Below are positions 1 to 12,940 of a DNA stretch of 64,000 nt, one piece after another (within the stretch, counting starts at the first letter, position 1; every line of letters begins with the position of its first letter). A program made the position numbers and the translations under genes. This DNA comes from Raillietiella orientalis (taxonomy: Eukaryota), in assembly GCA_036172245.1 (NCBI GenBank), contig JAYWIR010000071.1, forward strand, positions 248,001 through 312,000. Direction: 5' to 3'. The notes beneath the pieces are model-generated. The model had not been told where the DNA came from. It saw only the letters and a list, made by a program, of their open reading frames with translations, and searched no databases.

Positions 1-3000
1 CGGCGTGGCGGAGGCCTCCGACGCCCTCTGCGCACTCCCCTGGCTCCTCCTCGATGCTGAGCTGGCTGATCAGCTTGTGGTGCGGATGGTGGTGGTGGTG
101 GTGGTGGTGATGGTGGTGATGCAGCGGCGGCAGCTCGTCCTCCCCGCCGACGCGGCCGATGCCGCCTCCGCTGACGTGACAGCACCGGCGCCCCGCCAGA
201 CGCGACCGTAGCGCCTTGCTCATGTTGCCCGGCTCGAACTGCGGGTCCACGCGGCTGAACTCGCGGAAGAGCGCGTCCGACTTCTCGTCCACGCTGTAGT
301 CGCGCGCCACCGCCGGGAGCACCCTGTGCGGCTTCTGGAAGAACCGCGACAGCAGGAAGTTCTTCAAGGCCTCCGCCTTCGTGGTCGCCGCCGGCGCCGC
401 CCTCCCGGCCGGCTCTCGGTCTTCCTCCTCGGTACTTCCCCGCAGAAGGTGAAGATCGACGGGAACGGACCCGCCGTTTCCCCGGCAGACTCTCGCCGCA
501 GAGCCGGAGGGCATCCCGGCGGTGCTCCAGGGTCGCGCGGGGCAGAGCTCGCTCACCCCCTCCCCCCTCGCCTCCACCTCCTCCTCCCCTGTGACGTCCT
601 CGTCCACGCTGGCGGCGTTTTGACTCCTGCCTAGGCTCGAGGAGCCGCAGGCGCTCTCCATGCTCCTGTAGCCGCTGTCGTGCTTCATCTGATGCAGGCC
701 GGCCCTGACAGGCGTGCCCTCCGGCTTGGGCACAGCGGCCTCAGAAGGCCCCGAAAGCCGACAGCTGCCCTCTTCGTCCTTGTCTTCCGTCGGGGACTTC
801 TCCGGGACGCCCTCGCAGTGGTCCCTCCGCTCCCGACGGACGTCCTCCGAGGGCGGCATTCCTGCAGCCGCGATGGGGAGCGTCAGCGGTGCCAAAGATT
901 CCCCTTCCCCCCCCTCCCTCCTCCCCCTGAGCCGACCTCCTCCTCCTCTTCGTCTGGCAGTCTCCGCCCTCGAGTCCTCGTCCATCCGGTCCAAGCCAGC
1001 GTCAGCTTCCAGCCACGCTCTCAGGTGCCACAGCTGGGAAGCGGACGGGGGATCGTCCGGATCCTCTGAGAGCCACAGCGCCTCCGTCTCCCCGGACAGC
1101 TCCCTGGAGAGACCTCCAGCCGCTGCCCGTCTACGGCCGCGGACGTCCTCGCAGATGGGCGCCGCTCCCAACGGGTCCTCGGCACTCCAGGCGGGTCCTT
1201 GCCGTCCGGGAGGTCCACGGCTGGATGGGTTCGCCTCCCCGAGATCGGAGAAGGAAGAGTGGCCCTGCCGGAGCTGCTCTGCAGCGCCCTCTCGGACCGT
1301 GAGGTGGGCGAGAGGGGGGGGGGATGCCGCGTGTCCCGGAGACACGCCGCCGCCGCCGTCTGCTGCTGCCCCCGCCTCCTTGCTCGCATCCGCGTATCTA
1401 CGGGAGGCAGTTCAGAGGGCAGTTCGGAGTACCCCCTGGAGGCGAGAGGGGCGCAGAGGAGGATTCCTTCCACCCTCCCGGATACCAGAGGGAACCATCG
1501 GTCGGGGAAGGGCATATGGCGCACGCGGGCACGGCTGCCACATCCTGCCGTCCAGTCTCCCCAAGGCGCCACTAGAAGCGCGAGTGTCCCAACAAAATGG
1601 CGCTTTCCGAGGACGTCGAAACGCGGGGATTTTTCCTCCAGCGCTTCCCTGGCGCGTCTGTCGCACGGCGGCAAACCGGAACCGCAGCCGTCGTCTCACG
1701 TGCCCTTCCAACCGCCACAATGGCCCGGCACCGCGTTGGTCGACATTGTAACGGAGAAGACGCGCACACAGAGGTGCCTCGGACGGGTGACAGGGAGGGG
1801 GGGAGGTTCGTGGTCTGAGCTAGAGGCAGAGCACGCCACCACGTCCGAGTTCAGCCTCCCCCTCCCCCTCGTGTCCCTCGTGCCGCTACAATGCGTGGTC
1901 GAGAAGCGTGCGCGCTCCTGGGAGAACGCGCGCGCGCACGCCTCGCTCCTGACGTTTCTCGGACTTGCGGGGGCGTCACGCGAGTGGGAGAACAACGATC
2001 AATGAAAAGTACCGACCCCCGGACGCCGACCACGTACCCAAGGCTCCCCACAACTCCTAGACGATGACCGTCTTCCCATACCAATTCACCTCTCCGTCGC
2101 CTCCTTCACGGATCGCCCTTTCCGGCACTCGGTAAACGAGGATGTGCATGAAACGTCGTGTTTTCCCTGTACGAATTCCGCCGAGGACGGTAGCGAATGA
2201 GCATGTAATCCCCAGTCAGCTGTTCGTCCAGAGGAGGCTTCCAATCAACTGGAGATCTCCCGTGACTTGCAAGGTAAGCGCGAGATCCACAGATTTCACA
2301 TTTCCGGTAGGGTCGGAGGATCGGAAGAAACGGTCTCGCTGGTCTCGGGGGAAGACATCAGACGAACTGGCGGGTCTCCCCTCTGCCTTTTTCCCTCACC
2401 GTTTGCGTCTCGCTGGAGCCTCCTCGTTCGGGTCACAGCTCGGGTCGTGCGTGCAAGAAACCTCTCAGGCACGGGTCCACGTTCAGAAGGTCGATATTTT
2501 CGCACGTGTGGCAGGGAAGAAGAGAAGAGATCGCGTGTGGCTTTGCCGACCTCGGGACGCTAAGAGGCGCTTTCCGCCCGCTCGGTGACAAGGAAGCGCT
2601 CTAACGGCACTGCGACGTCCTGCGCGCGCGACTGCATCATTGGCGACGATCGACATGGCAACGGAGACGCCATCAGAGGTGCTTCGGGCAAGTAGCGGCG
2701 ATTCGCAGTGGCTCCTAGCCGTACTTCCAGGAACATCTTGGCCAAAGCGAAGGGAGGCAGGGAAAAGTGGCCGGGGAAACGAGCTCGGGAAAGCGTGGGT
2801 GAGGTGGACGGCGACTGCTGCTCATTGGCTCCAGGCAGCTCCGCTCCGATGCGTCTCGGCAGGAAAGAGCAGCTCGTCCGCTTCCTCCTCAGCAGGGGCG
2901 GGCCGTACGGCGCCAAAAGGATGCGACCAGTTGGCAGTTCCATTTGACGCGCCTCTGGTAGTCTCCAGTAGGACGGAGTGGGAGTTCTTCCGCAATTCAA

Positions 3001-6000
3001 TATCAGGAAGCGAAGGAGCAGGGGAGGAAGAGCGAGGCGAGCCTGGGCAACAGTCGCGCTACCCCCCCCTTCCCCCCCATCCTGTAGCAGGACTGTCGCG
3101 AAGGGGTGCTGCAGCTGGGATGAGCCGCTCTCTGCCTTCACCTGCCCATCCGGGGCTCACGAGAGCTTCAGAAGTGCTCGCGGGAGGGGCTAGCAGGGTG
3201 GCCTTCCTTCTCAGTCTCCCGTGGAGACACTGTGCGCTCCAATGGCTCCCTCGAGGCGCTCTTCCCGGTGAAGCTCGGGAACACGGAGGTCCCCTTCGCG
3301 GGAAAGACCTCTCTCTCATGCGGTTGCCAGCTCTCCCGACTGGCATCACTTGGCTGAGTGAGTCTGGTCCACAGTCCGTGGCACAGTGCCCTACTGTACC
3401 CACAGTTCCACAGTCGCTCCCGGAGCACTTGGCGCGTAAGGCTTTGACCCCTTCGGCAGGCGGCGGGCTACAGGGGTCCCGTCAGCAAGCGGCTGTTCCC
3501 GCCCATCCCTCTCCCAGGCGCAGGTGCGGGACATTTGCTTACCGAGCAACGCGGTTTTTCTGGCACGGAGGGAAGGTTTCCCTGGGGATTTTTGTTTTTT
3601 GTTCTTTCCTTCCCACTTATCAATCCCCTTTTTCCCGTCACTCCCTCGTAGAGCTCTGCAACAGGTCTGGAGAGCGAGGGCTCTCCAGACTTCGCGCATC
3701 CGCACCGTCCGCTTCGCAACTCCCAGCGCGTGCCAACAGGCCGCCACGGAACACCCTCTAGGGGTGGACGACGATCACTGGCTGAGAGCGCTCGCACCAC
3801 AGAGGCAACAATCCTTTCCGTCCGCGCTTTGGATTGTTGCCTTCCTTTCTTCGGGGAGGGGGGGGGAGGGGGAAGCAAAAAAAGGGAAACCGGAAAACAA
3901 ACAAAACATGGCTCCGTCCACATGTGGGCGGACGTCGCACTGTTTGCGAACGCGCGTCACAACGGGGCTCGGCGGAGACGAGCTGGCAGCAGCACGTCAC
4001 CCGGCCGTGTAGCCACACGCGACGCGACGCTTCCAGAAACCACCTTGCCTCCTCTTCACACGTATCCTCCATGCCGAAGAAATAGGCGATTGCAAAAGAA
4101 GCGTTTCCCCCTGCTTGCCTGTGCCACTGGTGAGGGCAGAGGTCCGTCTGATCTTGGGATGGACGCATGCCGATCTGTTCGCTTTCATCTCGGAGTCTCT
4201 GGTCAGAGATGCCGATACCCCACCTCAATCTTTCTACGGAAAGGAGTTCCCATATAGCGCGACGCGCTTGTGACTCTTGGCGCCAGACTGTCTCCGTGAA
4301 AACGACCCACCAACGGCGTGTAGCCGCAGTCCGTCACTCGCTGCGTTTCCAAGCTCCCAGCGATCGACAACACTAGCACGAGGCATTATTATCCCCGTGC
4401 GCACACTTATCTTCGAAGGATGACTATGATCTTGAAGACGGATCCCGACCAAGACTTACAGTCGAGAAGCACGCATTGCGTGTGCGGACACTCACATGAG
4501 GATCGCGAAATAAACGTGTAATTACTAGTCCCTTCCGAAGCTTCACGCCTTTCCCAGTTAGGGAAACCTGGCAACGAGACCGTGCGGACGAACCAAGGGT
4601 TTGCGCTGTGGGTTGCCCGCATACGCCGCCTGCCACATGTGAAAGCGGTGGCATTCACAGGCGAGGGGATGGTGGTGGTGGTGGTGGTGGTGGTAGCGCA
4701 GACACTACGATTGGATAGAGAATAGTCCGAAGTGTGCACTCTGACTGGAGTTCGAACTCGAGCACAAAAAAAATGTTTTGTGCGAATGTTTCGAAAGTTC
4801 GAGGATGGAAGGTGTGAGGGGTAAGAGCAGAAGGTGGCACGGTAGAGTGAACTGGACTGGGTATTCTGGACTGCTAAACCTAACAGGGGATTTGTACCTG
4901 AGCAGCAAGGGGTGGACATCGATCGCCGGAATGGACAAAAGAAAGTTATCTGCTATAGAAACAGAGAGCCATGATGTCTCTCAACATCAGGTACGCAACA
5001 ATAGAAGAATGGTGCACATGCGGAGTTACCAGAGCATTGCAGAAACCAGAGTTCGACTCCTGTTGCACAGGCTGTTCCAGGATAAGAATTCACTTGGAAT
5101 CACCTACTGGTTTCCGTGCGCGTCAGGTTTCTATAGGAAACCAGACTGCGACGTGGTTTCCCATGTTCCATGACGCGAGCAAGCACGACCGGTTCGCGTG
5201 CCGTTCACTTCGTAAGAGAACTTCGGCAACCAGCAAGCGCGACCCAATGACGCAGCAGCCGCGCCCCTCAAGAGTCCCCGGCTGCGCTAGCAGGCCAGAA
5301 GTCACAAGTAGAATTTCCCCTCACCCGGAACACGCTGCCGCCTTTCCAGGTAAACACCCCCTCACACGCTAAACTCGGCCGCGTGCGTGCGAAAGATACC
5401 TCCTTCCCACAGACCTGCAGAAGCAGTCTTTCCCAAATGCGCACATCCCTGCAACCCTCTCTAGCAACAGCGAAAGGGCTTCCGGCGACGATGCGGACGC
5501 TCCGATGACCGACGGAGGCGCCCAAGAAAACAGCAGCGCGCGTCGTCTCAGCCATGGCAACCGTTGCTCGACGCGCTCCGCTTCCGACAAAGGGCAAGCC
5601 AAACAGCACGCACAGACGTCCGCATTGGTCAGCTTTCGCAGAGAGGAGCTGCGTTGTGCACAAGGCCCGGTCGCAACCGCTGAATGCGCAGTCAGGTGCA
5701 CTCTCGACTGCCTCTAGAAAGCTCCAGTGGGCGAACGGCAAGCACACGCGATGAGACTTGCGTCGGCCTGGCAGTCGCCCCATCGCATCATCCCCATTCT
5801 CGCACGGGGGCCGTCGGGCAAGGAAGCACCGACGACCGCCGGGTGGTCAGCACGACGGCACGCGCGCGCTCCGCGCCCTGTGCTCGCCGACGGAAGACGA
5901 GGCGCGCGGCGGCGGCGACGTCGCAGCGAAGCGGTTCGAAGCGTCCCCAACACGGCCGGAAGTCCCTCGGGAACGCACCCGCAGCTGTCGCTGCCACCGT

Positions 6001-9000
6001 TTCCCCGCAAAGCTGTTCTTTCGAGCGGCAGCAAACTGGTGCAACAGGAGTGCAGCGCAGCCCGGAGCTTTCACGAAGGAGGGGGGCTGCTGCTGTGCGT
6101 CATCGCTTGGCGCTCATCTCCGAGAAGCGAGCGCCCACGCAGAGCAAGGACGCCAGCTTGCCCAGATCGGAAGGACGGGAGAGGCTGCAGCAGGCGCACC
6201 GCCCCGCGCCGCTCTTCTTGAAAGCGTGGTCAGCCCGAGCTGGCTCGTTTCGAGCGACTGCGCTGCGCCAGCAGCGGCCCACTTCCCGGCCCGCTTGGCG
6301 GGCGGCACGCGAAGCATTCGTGAAGTGAGAGTGCGAACTGCACGCGCCCGCCAGGCGTGGTTACGGAAACACGTGATCGCACGCCATACGAGGGCCAAGG
6401 TGCGTGCAACGCTTCGCTTGATGGCACGCTTCCTGACCTGCCAGCGATGTTTACGAGAAGATTCCTGAGGGCCAAGTCGATCGGGTTGGTGTAATAACAC
6501 CTCGAGCGCGCACGGGAGTCGCCTCCTTCCCCATCGACCATGGAGGACTTAAGCTGCGCAATCTATTAATAGGCGGAAGCACATGGATCAGTGAAAGTTT
6601 TTATCCAACGCATGCTGCAGATGTGAAAGTGACGAACAGGGAGATGGTGGCAAAAGGTGGCACAGATGTTGTTCCAATTTGTTTTTTGAGTTTCATGACT
6701 GAGAAATGCAGGCCTGCTTTTAACAGAAGCTGTAGAGGAATGTCAGGGAGGGCGATGAGCAATCCACGAGCACGCACCCGTTCGTGTTGGCTCACTGTGG
6801 CACCACTTCGTTTTCGAAGCGTGGAACAGCGTTTCCACAGAGTTGGTTTCACAGTTGGGAGCGAACTTTGTAGAAAATCACGCGTGAATTTGGCAACCGT
6901 CTCGGCGCCCAATAGTTGAATATCAGTAGTTGCTCGATCGTGAGTGATGGGAAAAGTATTGGACTTTGATTTGATGATGCGTAGACTTTGAGAGATGAGT
7001 GTCTAAAAATAATCAGCTGCTTTGTAAAATGCTTCACGGATGTTTCAATCACTTTCATAAGGGTGCGTTCATTCTAAAGATCTGTTCTCGAGTATTCAGT
7101 TCGATTTTTTTTTATCCTTTTCGTAGAAAATCAAATATTTCTTTGCTGATTTTTCCTATTAATTCTGTCGAAATTTGTTAAGGAATGAACTGATTGCTGC
7201 CAGATTGCAATCAGAGACAACAGAGAACATAAGCAGAGGATGCACATAATCGTCGCATTCAGAAAGGATAGAATTGCAATAAACTTGAAACTCAGACGTA
7301 GAGAAGGTCCGGAACGTCAATGAATTAATTATAAATTCAAATGGTAAAAGCGTCCCTCCAAATCAAGGATTTCTGGGCACCAAATAAGTTTCCCCTTCTA
7401 TTTATAATGGAAACGATGTCTGCAAACCAGCGACATAAGAAAATTTTCCAATATTGAACGTGTCTCATTCTATCGGAATTCGATCTTGATCCGACAGAAC
7501 CATCACGCCTATGGATTCTTGCACATTTTGTTTTTTTGTTTTTTTTTTTCAATTCGGAATTTCCTTAACCTCCACGGAATAACATAAGATGGAGCGCTAT
7601 TATCCCGCGTGATGAAGAGGCATCCTCATAGAGAATTTATGTCTAAAAGTTCCCATACATGAAAGTTCCAGAAATTGGTTTCGGTGTTACACGCTCAAAG
7701 AGCGCTTTTTCCTTAAAGAGTTTTCGACAAGTATGAAGCTTACATGACATACATGCACTAACGCAAACAAACCAGCTGCTGAGAAATTTTCGTACCACTG
7801 AGTGTCCGATTTGTTTTTGCTGCAGTCTCCGTTCATCACAGAAGGGACATATGGTGCCATTGATTAGAATGAAAACAAGGAAGCAAGATTTCGATGCCAG
7901 AATCGCTTGTTTCAGTGATTTTCAGAAAGGTCTCGATAATCCTAGCAAGACCTAGACACCATATATGCAAGAACAGATCGCTCAACAGATCGGACACAAC
8001 GGTGATGAATGAGTAACCCAACGGAATCAAATTTCATTGACGAAATCCTCAGAATCCTCGAAATGCTCGCGCTCTTCAGAAGCCATCCGATTCGTCAAAA
8101 CGTCTGAAAAGCCGCCATTCGTTTCACTGATTCTTGACGGACAAGACGTCATTACTGGCATCATCAACGGTCGCTCGAAGCGGTCGCTTTCCTCTTCAGT
8201 TATCGCGAGTTTGCACGAATGGAGCACACGGAAATGAATTGCTCCAGTGAACCTTGCACAGAGAGCACATGTGCCATGCTACAGATGGGGAAAATTCAGC
8301 CAGGAATGCTTCAGGATCCACATGGAACCGTTCCAAAGAGGGAATGGAGGAGATCGTCTTACTGATGGCGCGACTTTCGAAACACGGAAAGTGGTCGTTC
8401 TCTGCTCCGTTCAGCAAACGTTTGAGGCTGCGATGGTGAATCGGAAAAGGATGAGTACATGGTTCTCGTATCAAGCTGCTGGTTCCCCAAAATTCCCTCG
8501 AGATGTCTCGTCGGCCTCCTCGACGGCGGACAGCTCGCAAATTAATGCCACGGGGGAAAAAGTTTTCAACTAGCCACAATCCCATTCCAGTTTCCGACCT
8601 CGATTGGGTGCAAAGCGGTGAAAGAAGCTGACTGCTTCCTCAGCCGATGGCTGTGGAGTTCTTTCCACCCGGTTGCCGCCCCACCGCAGTGATTTCCCGA
8701 CGACACAACACTGGATGCATTGCGCTGAGGACTCTAGACGTCTAGCCGCGCCTGCGAGCTCGAAGGCCCTCCCCGTGCAATTTTTCTGAGGCCATGCAAC
8801 AAAGAAAAGGTGCAAGAAGCGCAGCTGACCAGAAGTCGCGCCTCTGCCTGTTTCAAGCTCTCCGCGGCGACGTTCCCCTGGTCTGCTGGTGGGGTCGAAG
8901 GCGGCTGCTCGCAGACTTTTCCCAGTAGCTCGGATACTGGCAGTCAGGGACCAGCGTGGGGGCCACACCATCTTCAAATGGCAGATGGTGCGCGCGGGTT

Positions 9001-10960
9001 GTGCCCTCTCTCCCGAGGAAATACACGTCTCCGTCGCGGCAGTTTTGGCCCCACTATTGCCTACCGCAGCGACCGCCGCCTACTGAGCAACCCTGTCGGG
9101 ACGAAGTTATCCGAGCCCGTCAGCAGCTTCCACCGTCTCTCCACCCTTTGAGGACCACCTAAAGTGCGGAATGTGGCGGCGCAGCAAGAGGGAGGCCGAT
9201 ATCGCGGAATTGGTGCAGCCCTGACTTGGTGGCTGCGACAGGGAAGCCCCGGTAACCGGGCTGAGGGGCTGACTGCGGGGTCCCTGCGGTTCGCTTCTGA
9301 GCAGCGGGCGACGGGTGGTTCCGAGGTGCCGAGGGTCTACCAACCGACGCGGAGAGGGTGATGTCACCATTGCCATTCTCTGGACCGGCCTTCCTCCCTG
9401 AGAAGGATCGGCAGCAGTTGTCCGCACGGAGGACTCCGTCTCCTGGGTGACGGAGTCTTCCGCCGGAGTCCTGTAATGGAGGGTTCTGCGGGGTTTGGGC
9501 ACTGGGAGGGAGCGCGCGCTCACCGATTCCCTGGGAGGAAGGCGGGACCGCGACTGCAAAGCCTCCCGAAAGGTGGGATGAACCACGGAGGGTGTGATGG
9601 GGTCACGAAGACTTTCAACGCGCATAGCTAATGAAGGTCTCCAAGGGGCAAGGAGGGAGGGGGCGAGCAATCAAGCTACTCACACAAGAGCGACATGCTC
9701 GCGGGATCCAGGGCTGTCGAGGCACGTGATCGGGGTCCGATGAGACAATGGCGTCTCTCTGCCGGGGTGCTGCTCCTGCCTACGGACGTGGTCAGCGTCC
9801 TGGAGTTCGTCCTCGTCGAATGCCTTCTGGCGGTGCAGATCCCTGGAGAAACCCCCGGGGGGTCATCTGGCAGCGCAAGGGCTGGACGAACTCACCGGCG
9901 TCCGCCCTCCCTTCCACGCTGGGGAGGGGCAGAGGGGAGACTAAGGAGAGGAACCGAGAGTTCATCTCCGCCTCGCCCCTCCGCTCGCTCCCGTCCCCGC
10001 GCCTGAGAGTGCACTTGCGCCTTCAGCCGCGGCGCGGCCCATCCCTCCTCCTCGAGCGCCACCTCACCTTATCTGGAGCGTAACTGGTGCTCTGGGGACT
10101 TCGTCCGAGTTGTGCTCCGTGTCCAGGCTGTTTTGGCTGGCGTCAGGGACGATGGAGTTCTCCGCCCACTCCGCCTGCAGGTCGGTCGCCTTCTTCCTGG
10201 AGAGAACGGATAGAACGCGGCCGGAGGGGAGCGCGCGTCCCGCCCTCCCGGGGCAGCATCATCCAGGATCTTCCCGAACCCCCGGAAGAGGAGGAAGGAA
10301 GAAGCGCTTCGACATTCCCCCAAAGGAAGGGTCAAGGGCGCACTTCAGAGCGACATCCGCAGAGCTGTCGCTGGCAGTCAAGGGCGCTCCGGACTTTTCC
10401 CAGTTAGTGCGCATTTCAAAGAGAGGTTCCTGAACGGTCCAAGACGCGGCTTCACCACCGACTCATCCTCCGGGAAGCCTCTTGTCTCTCATGACCCCAA
10501 TGGTCGGCCGAAGGGGCAGAGAAACTGGCACGCAACAACCCCCTGCATGACTTCCCCTGAAGCACTACGACTGAGGCGCTTCCCCCAACGGCGCTGTCCC
10601 TTGGCGGGCTGCGTGCCCCCCAGAATGGAGTTTACCAGGACTGACCTCTCTGCGGCTGAGGGAGAGGGAGAGCGACTTCCCACGAGATGCGCTTCGCACC
10701 CCGTGGCTGCCGAGACCCGCCGGTCGGATAGGGGGCGGCAGCAAGACGAGTGTGCGCCCAGTCGGTGGAGCCCCAGAAGGGCGGGGCAGGGATGTGCGCC
10801 CGCGGAAAGGAAAGTACCTGGAATCTCTGCCCACGCAGCACTTGCAGATGATCATCATAGTTGCTATGACGAAGAGAGCGCCGAAGACGCCCGTGGTGAC
10901 CGCATACACGGTGAGCTCCGAGCGGTCGTCGTCGAGGAAGTGCAGGAAACGCGGAGGATC
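1..10960 (-). CDS. CBARP: CBARP/BARP-like single-pass membrane protein (voltage-gated Ca channel beta-subunit-associated regulator homolog); partial: first coding exon not located and 3' end beyond the window edge
   Basis: Phase-compatible GT-AG exons on the minus strand: 10960-10818 (DPPRFLHFLDDDRSELTVYAVTTGVFGALFVIATMMIICKCCVGRDSR; TM helix followed by CKCC), 10196-10068, 9842-9684 (DLHRQKAFDED) and 1397-1. The last exon carries, all in one frame, QLWHLRAWLE (~1007-1036), DSGYRSME (~656-679), RDYSVDEKSDALFREFSRVDP (~242-304) and a poly-His run. From memory these match the mammalian BARP motifs TM+CKRC, LWSLRASLE and RDYSIDEKTDALFHEFLRHDP. Orthology is an inference. Confidence 0.65.
2520..2830 (+). 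mobile_element. Possible very degenerate L1/Tx1-like remnant
   Basis: Short fragments in the expected order: VALPTSGR, GDKEAL..HC, AKGGR, AAHW. Weak evidence. Confidence 0.25.
4669..4694. repeat. (GGT)n microsatellite
   Basis: Tandem GGT triplets in a CBARP-like gene intron. Confidence 0.9.
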
Positions 10961-12639
10961 CTGAAACGAGGGGTTCCCTCGGGAAGTCTTTCAGGGTAGA
11001 GAAAGGAGGATGCGGAAGAGGGTGGGAAGGAAGAGTCACAGAACACCTTGCGCGCGCAGACAACACCCAGCGGTGGGCACCACGGCGGCGGAGGTGCGAG
11101 AGTGGCAGAAGCACCACGAGAGCAACTGTGTGGCGTGCCTGTGTGTGGGGAAGGGGCCGAGTGGGGCAAAGGAAAGACACATGTCCACACCCTTCTGTTT
11201 CCTCTCCCTGCGAAATCCTCCAAGGTCCATTCGGGTCCCGGGAAGTCGAATGGCGCAGTCCGCGCTCCTGCAGAAGATTGGTGCGATCTGGCCGTTGCCG
11301 GAGGGCACTTATCGTTCAGCTCCCCCGAGTTCCTGGAGCGCGCGTCTGTAGCCTGCCCCTGAAGATTCCGGAGTATTCCTCATCCTGTCTTCTCGTTGCG
11401 CTCCCGACCCTTCGAAGTTCCTTCTCCCGCCACTGACATGGCCGGGACCCCGAAGGAAGGGGCGGTCCCAGCCATTGAGACTCTCTGGAGGGAGGCTCGC
11501 TAGCCAGGAATGCTGGACGGACTCCGCCTCCTGCAGACGACCCTCGAGCAGGGGGCACGTCAGCTTCTGTGAGGAGCAGCCCGTCCTGGAGGAAGGCATA
11601 GCAGGAAGAGACTCTGAGAACGCACAGCACCTGCAGGCTGCCCGGAGCGACCGACCACAGAGATAGCGCCGGAGAGGAGGCAAGGGGAAGGGAAGAAGGA
11701 AATGGGAGCAGCGTTCGGGGTGGCGAGTCCCGTATGTGCACGGCGGGCTGGTGATTCGTCACAGGGCACTTTCGGGAGCGACAGGATACGCGCTCTTAGC
11801 CAAGACAAGAACGCCTGGATGTGGGAGCGATGAGCGCGCAGTGTGCCCAGAGGGTGTGCACGCGCGCTCACCTATCCCTCCCCTCTCGAGGGGACCACAG
11901 GGTAGACCTACCTTACCCTGGTCCCTCATTCCTCCCTTCCGGATCCTACCATCAACCCAGAGGCAGGGCATTCCGACTACGCGGCGATTCTTCCCTGCGA
12001 ATGAAGTCACTGGGATCACGCGCGTCTCCCGGAGAACACAGGAGCGCCTGGACATCTTTGCACAGTGCAGGGGAGGAAGGGAAGGGGTGGGAGGCGAAGG
12101 ACGAGAAAAGCCGGACACCTGTATTCGGGGCGGGGTTTAGGCACCATGAGGGAGCGCGAGCTCACCGCTTCCCCGGGCGGAAGGTTCGTAAGGCGGGTTG
12201 GGTGGGTGGGACTGCGATTGCGAAGCCTCAGGGTTCCACTCCCACCACGGAGTTGAGGAGGAAAGCAGTCAGCCGGAGGTTTCGGTCAGGAGTGACACCA
12301 GTGTGAGAGCTCATTCTGACTCTCCTTGCTCTGACCTGGTCTTTGCCCCATCTGTCTTCCCTTCGCAACCCTTCAGCAGCAACAAGCCGCTCCTACAGCG
12401 CGCGCAAAGAGATGGGTCAGGGCCACCAGGTTCTCGGCGGCAAGGTAGTGGGGAAGAGGAGGAGGGAGCAGGAAGAAGAGGACGGGAGGAGGAGGAGGGG
12501 GGATGCGGGTGTGAGTCCTTCGCTTACATTTCGCATATACATCTGTAAAGGCGTCCGATCCTTCGTCATCCTCGGCGCAGGAAACCACGTGGGAAGGGCA
12601 GAATCTGGAAGACGAGGACTCTCGTGAGGAGGCTTTGCT

Positions 12640-12940
12640 CTGATCATCGCCGATTCTTCCGTGCTGGTCACTCCTTCCTTAATCCATTTCGGTTTCGCCC
12701 GCTCATTCCACGGAGGATGTCGGGGGATCAAGGGATGTGCCGGCTCGCATGCATGAGTGCACCTGCCTGGCTTGGGCAGGAGCGTGGACGTGATGGACGC
12801 GCGCTGCCTCACCGCCGCAGCACCGCGCACACGAAGTCAACGGAGACACGATGGCAGGGACGAAGATGACTTCGCGCGGCAGCTTGCTGACCCCCCTCAC
12901 CACCCCTTCCTTCCCCCAATAAAAAGGGCAACCCGTCACC
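12640..12940 (+). mobile_element. Possible further degenerate copy of the same L1/Tx1-like 3' end
   Basis: Frame-shifted fragments SVDVMDARCL, HEVNG and RDEDDFARQL parallel copy 1 (IRDIITARHVL, REVNG, EDKEETAGIQRQF). They are followed by AATAAA (12918) and an ACCCG/CGGGT hairpin ending in GGGTG. Confidence 0.45.

Noticed and set aside
714..1751. 345-aa plus-strand ORF
   Set aside because: Antisense shadow of the GC-rich CBARP-like exon; Ser/Pro-rich with no motif.
12528..12542. Possible 15-nt first coding exon (MYMRN) for the CBARP-like gene, with AG and GTAAGC borders in the right phase
   Set aside because: No homology support, and it lies beside a probable retrotransposon remnant; could be chance.
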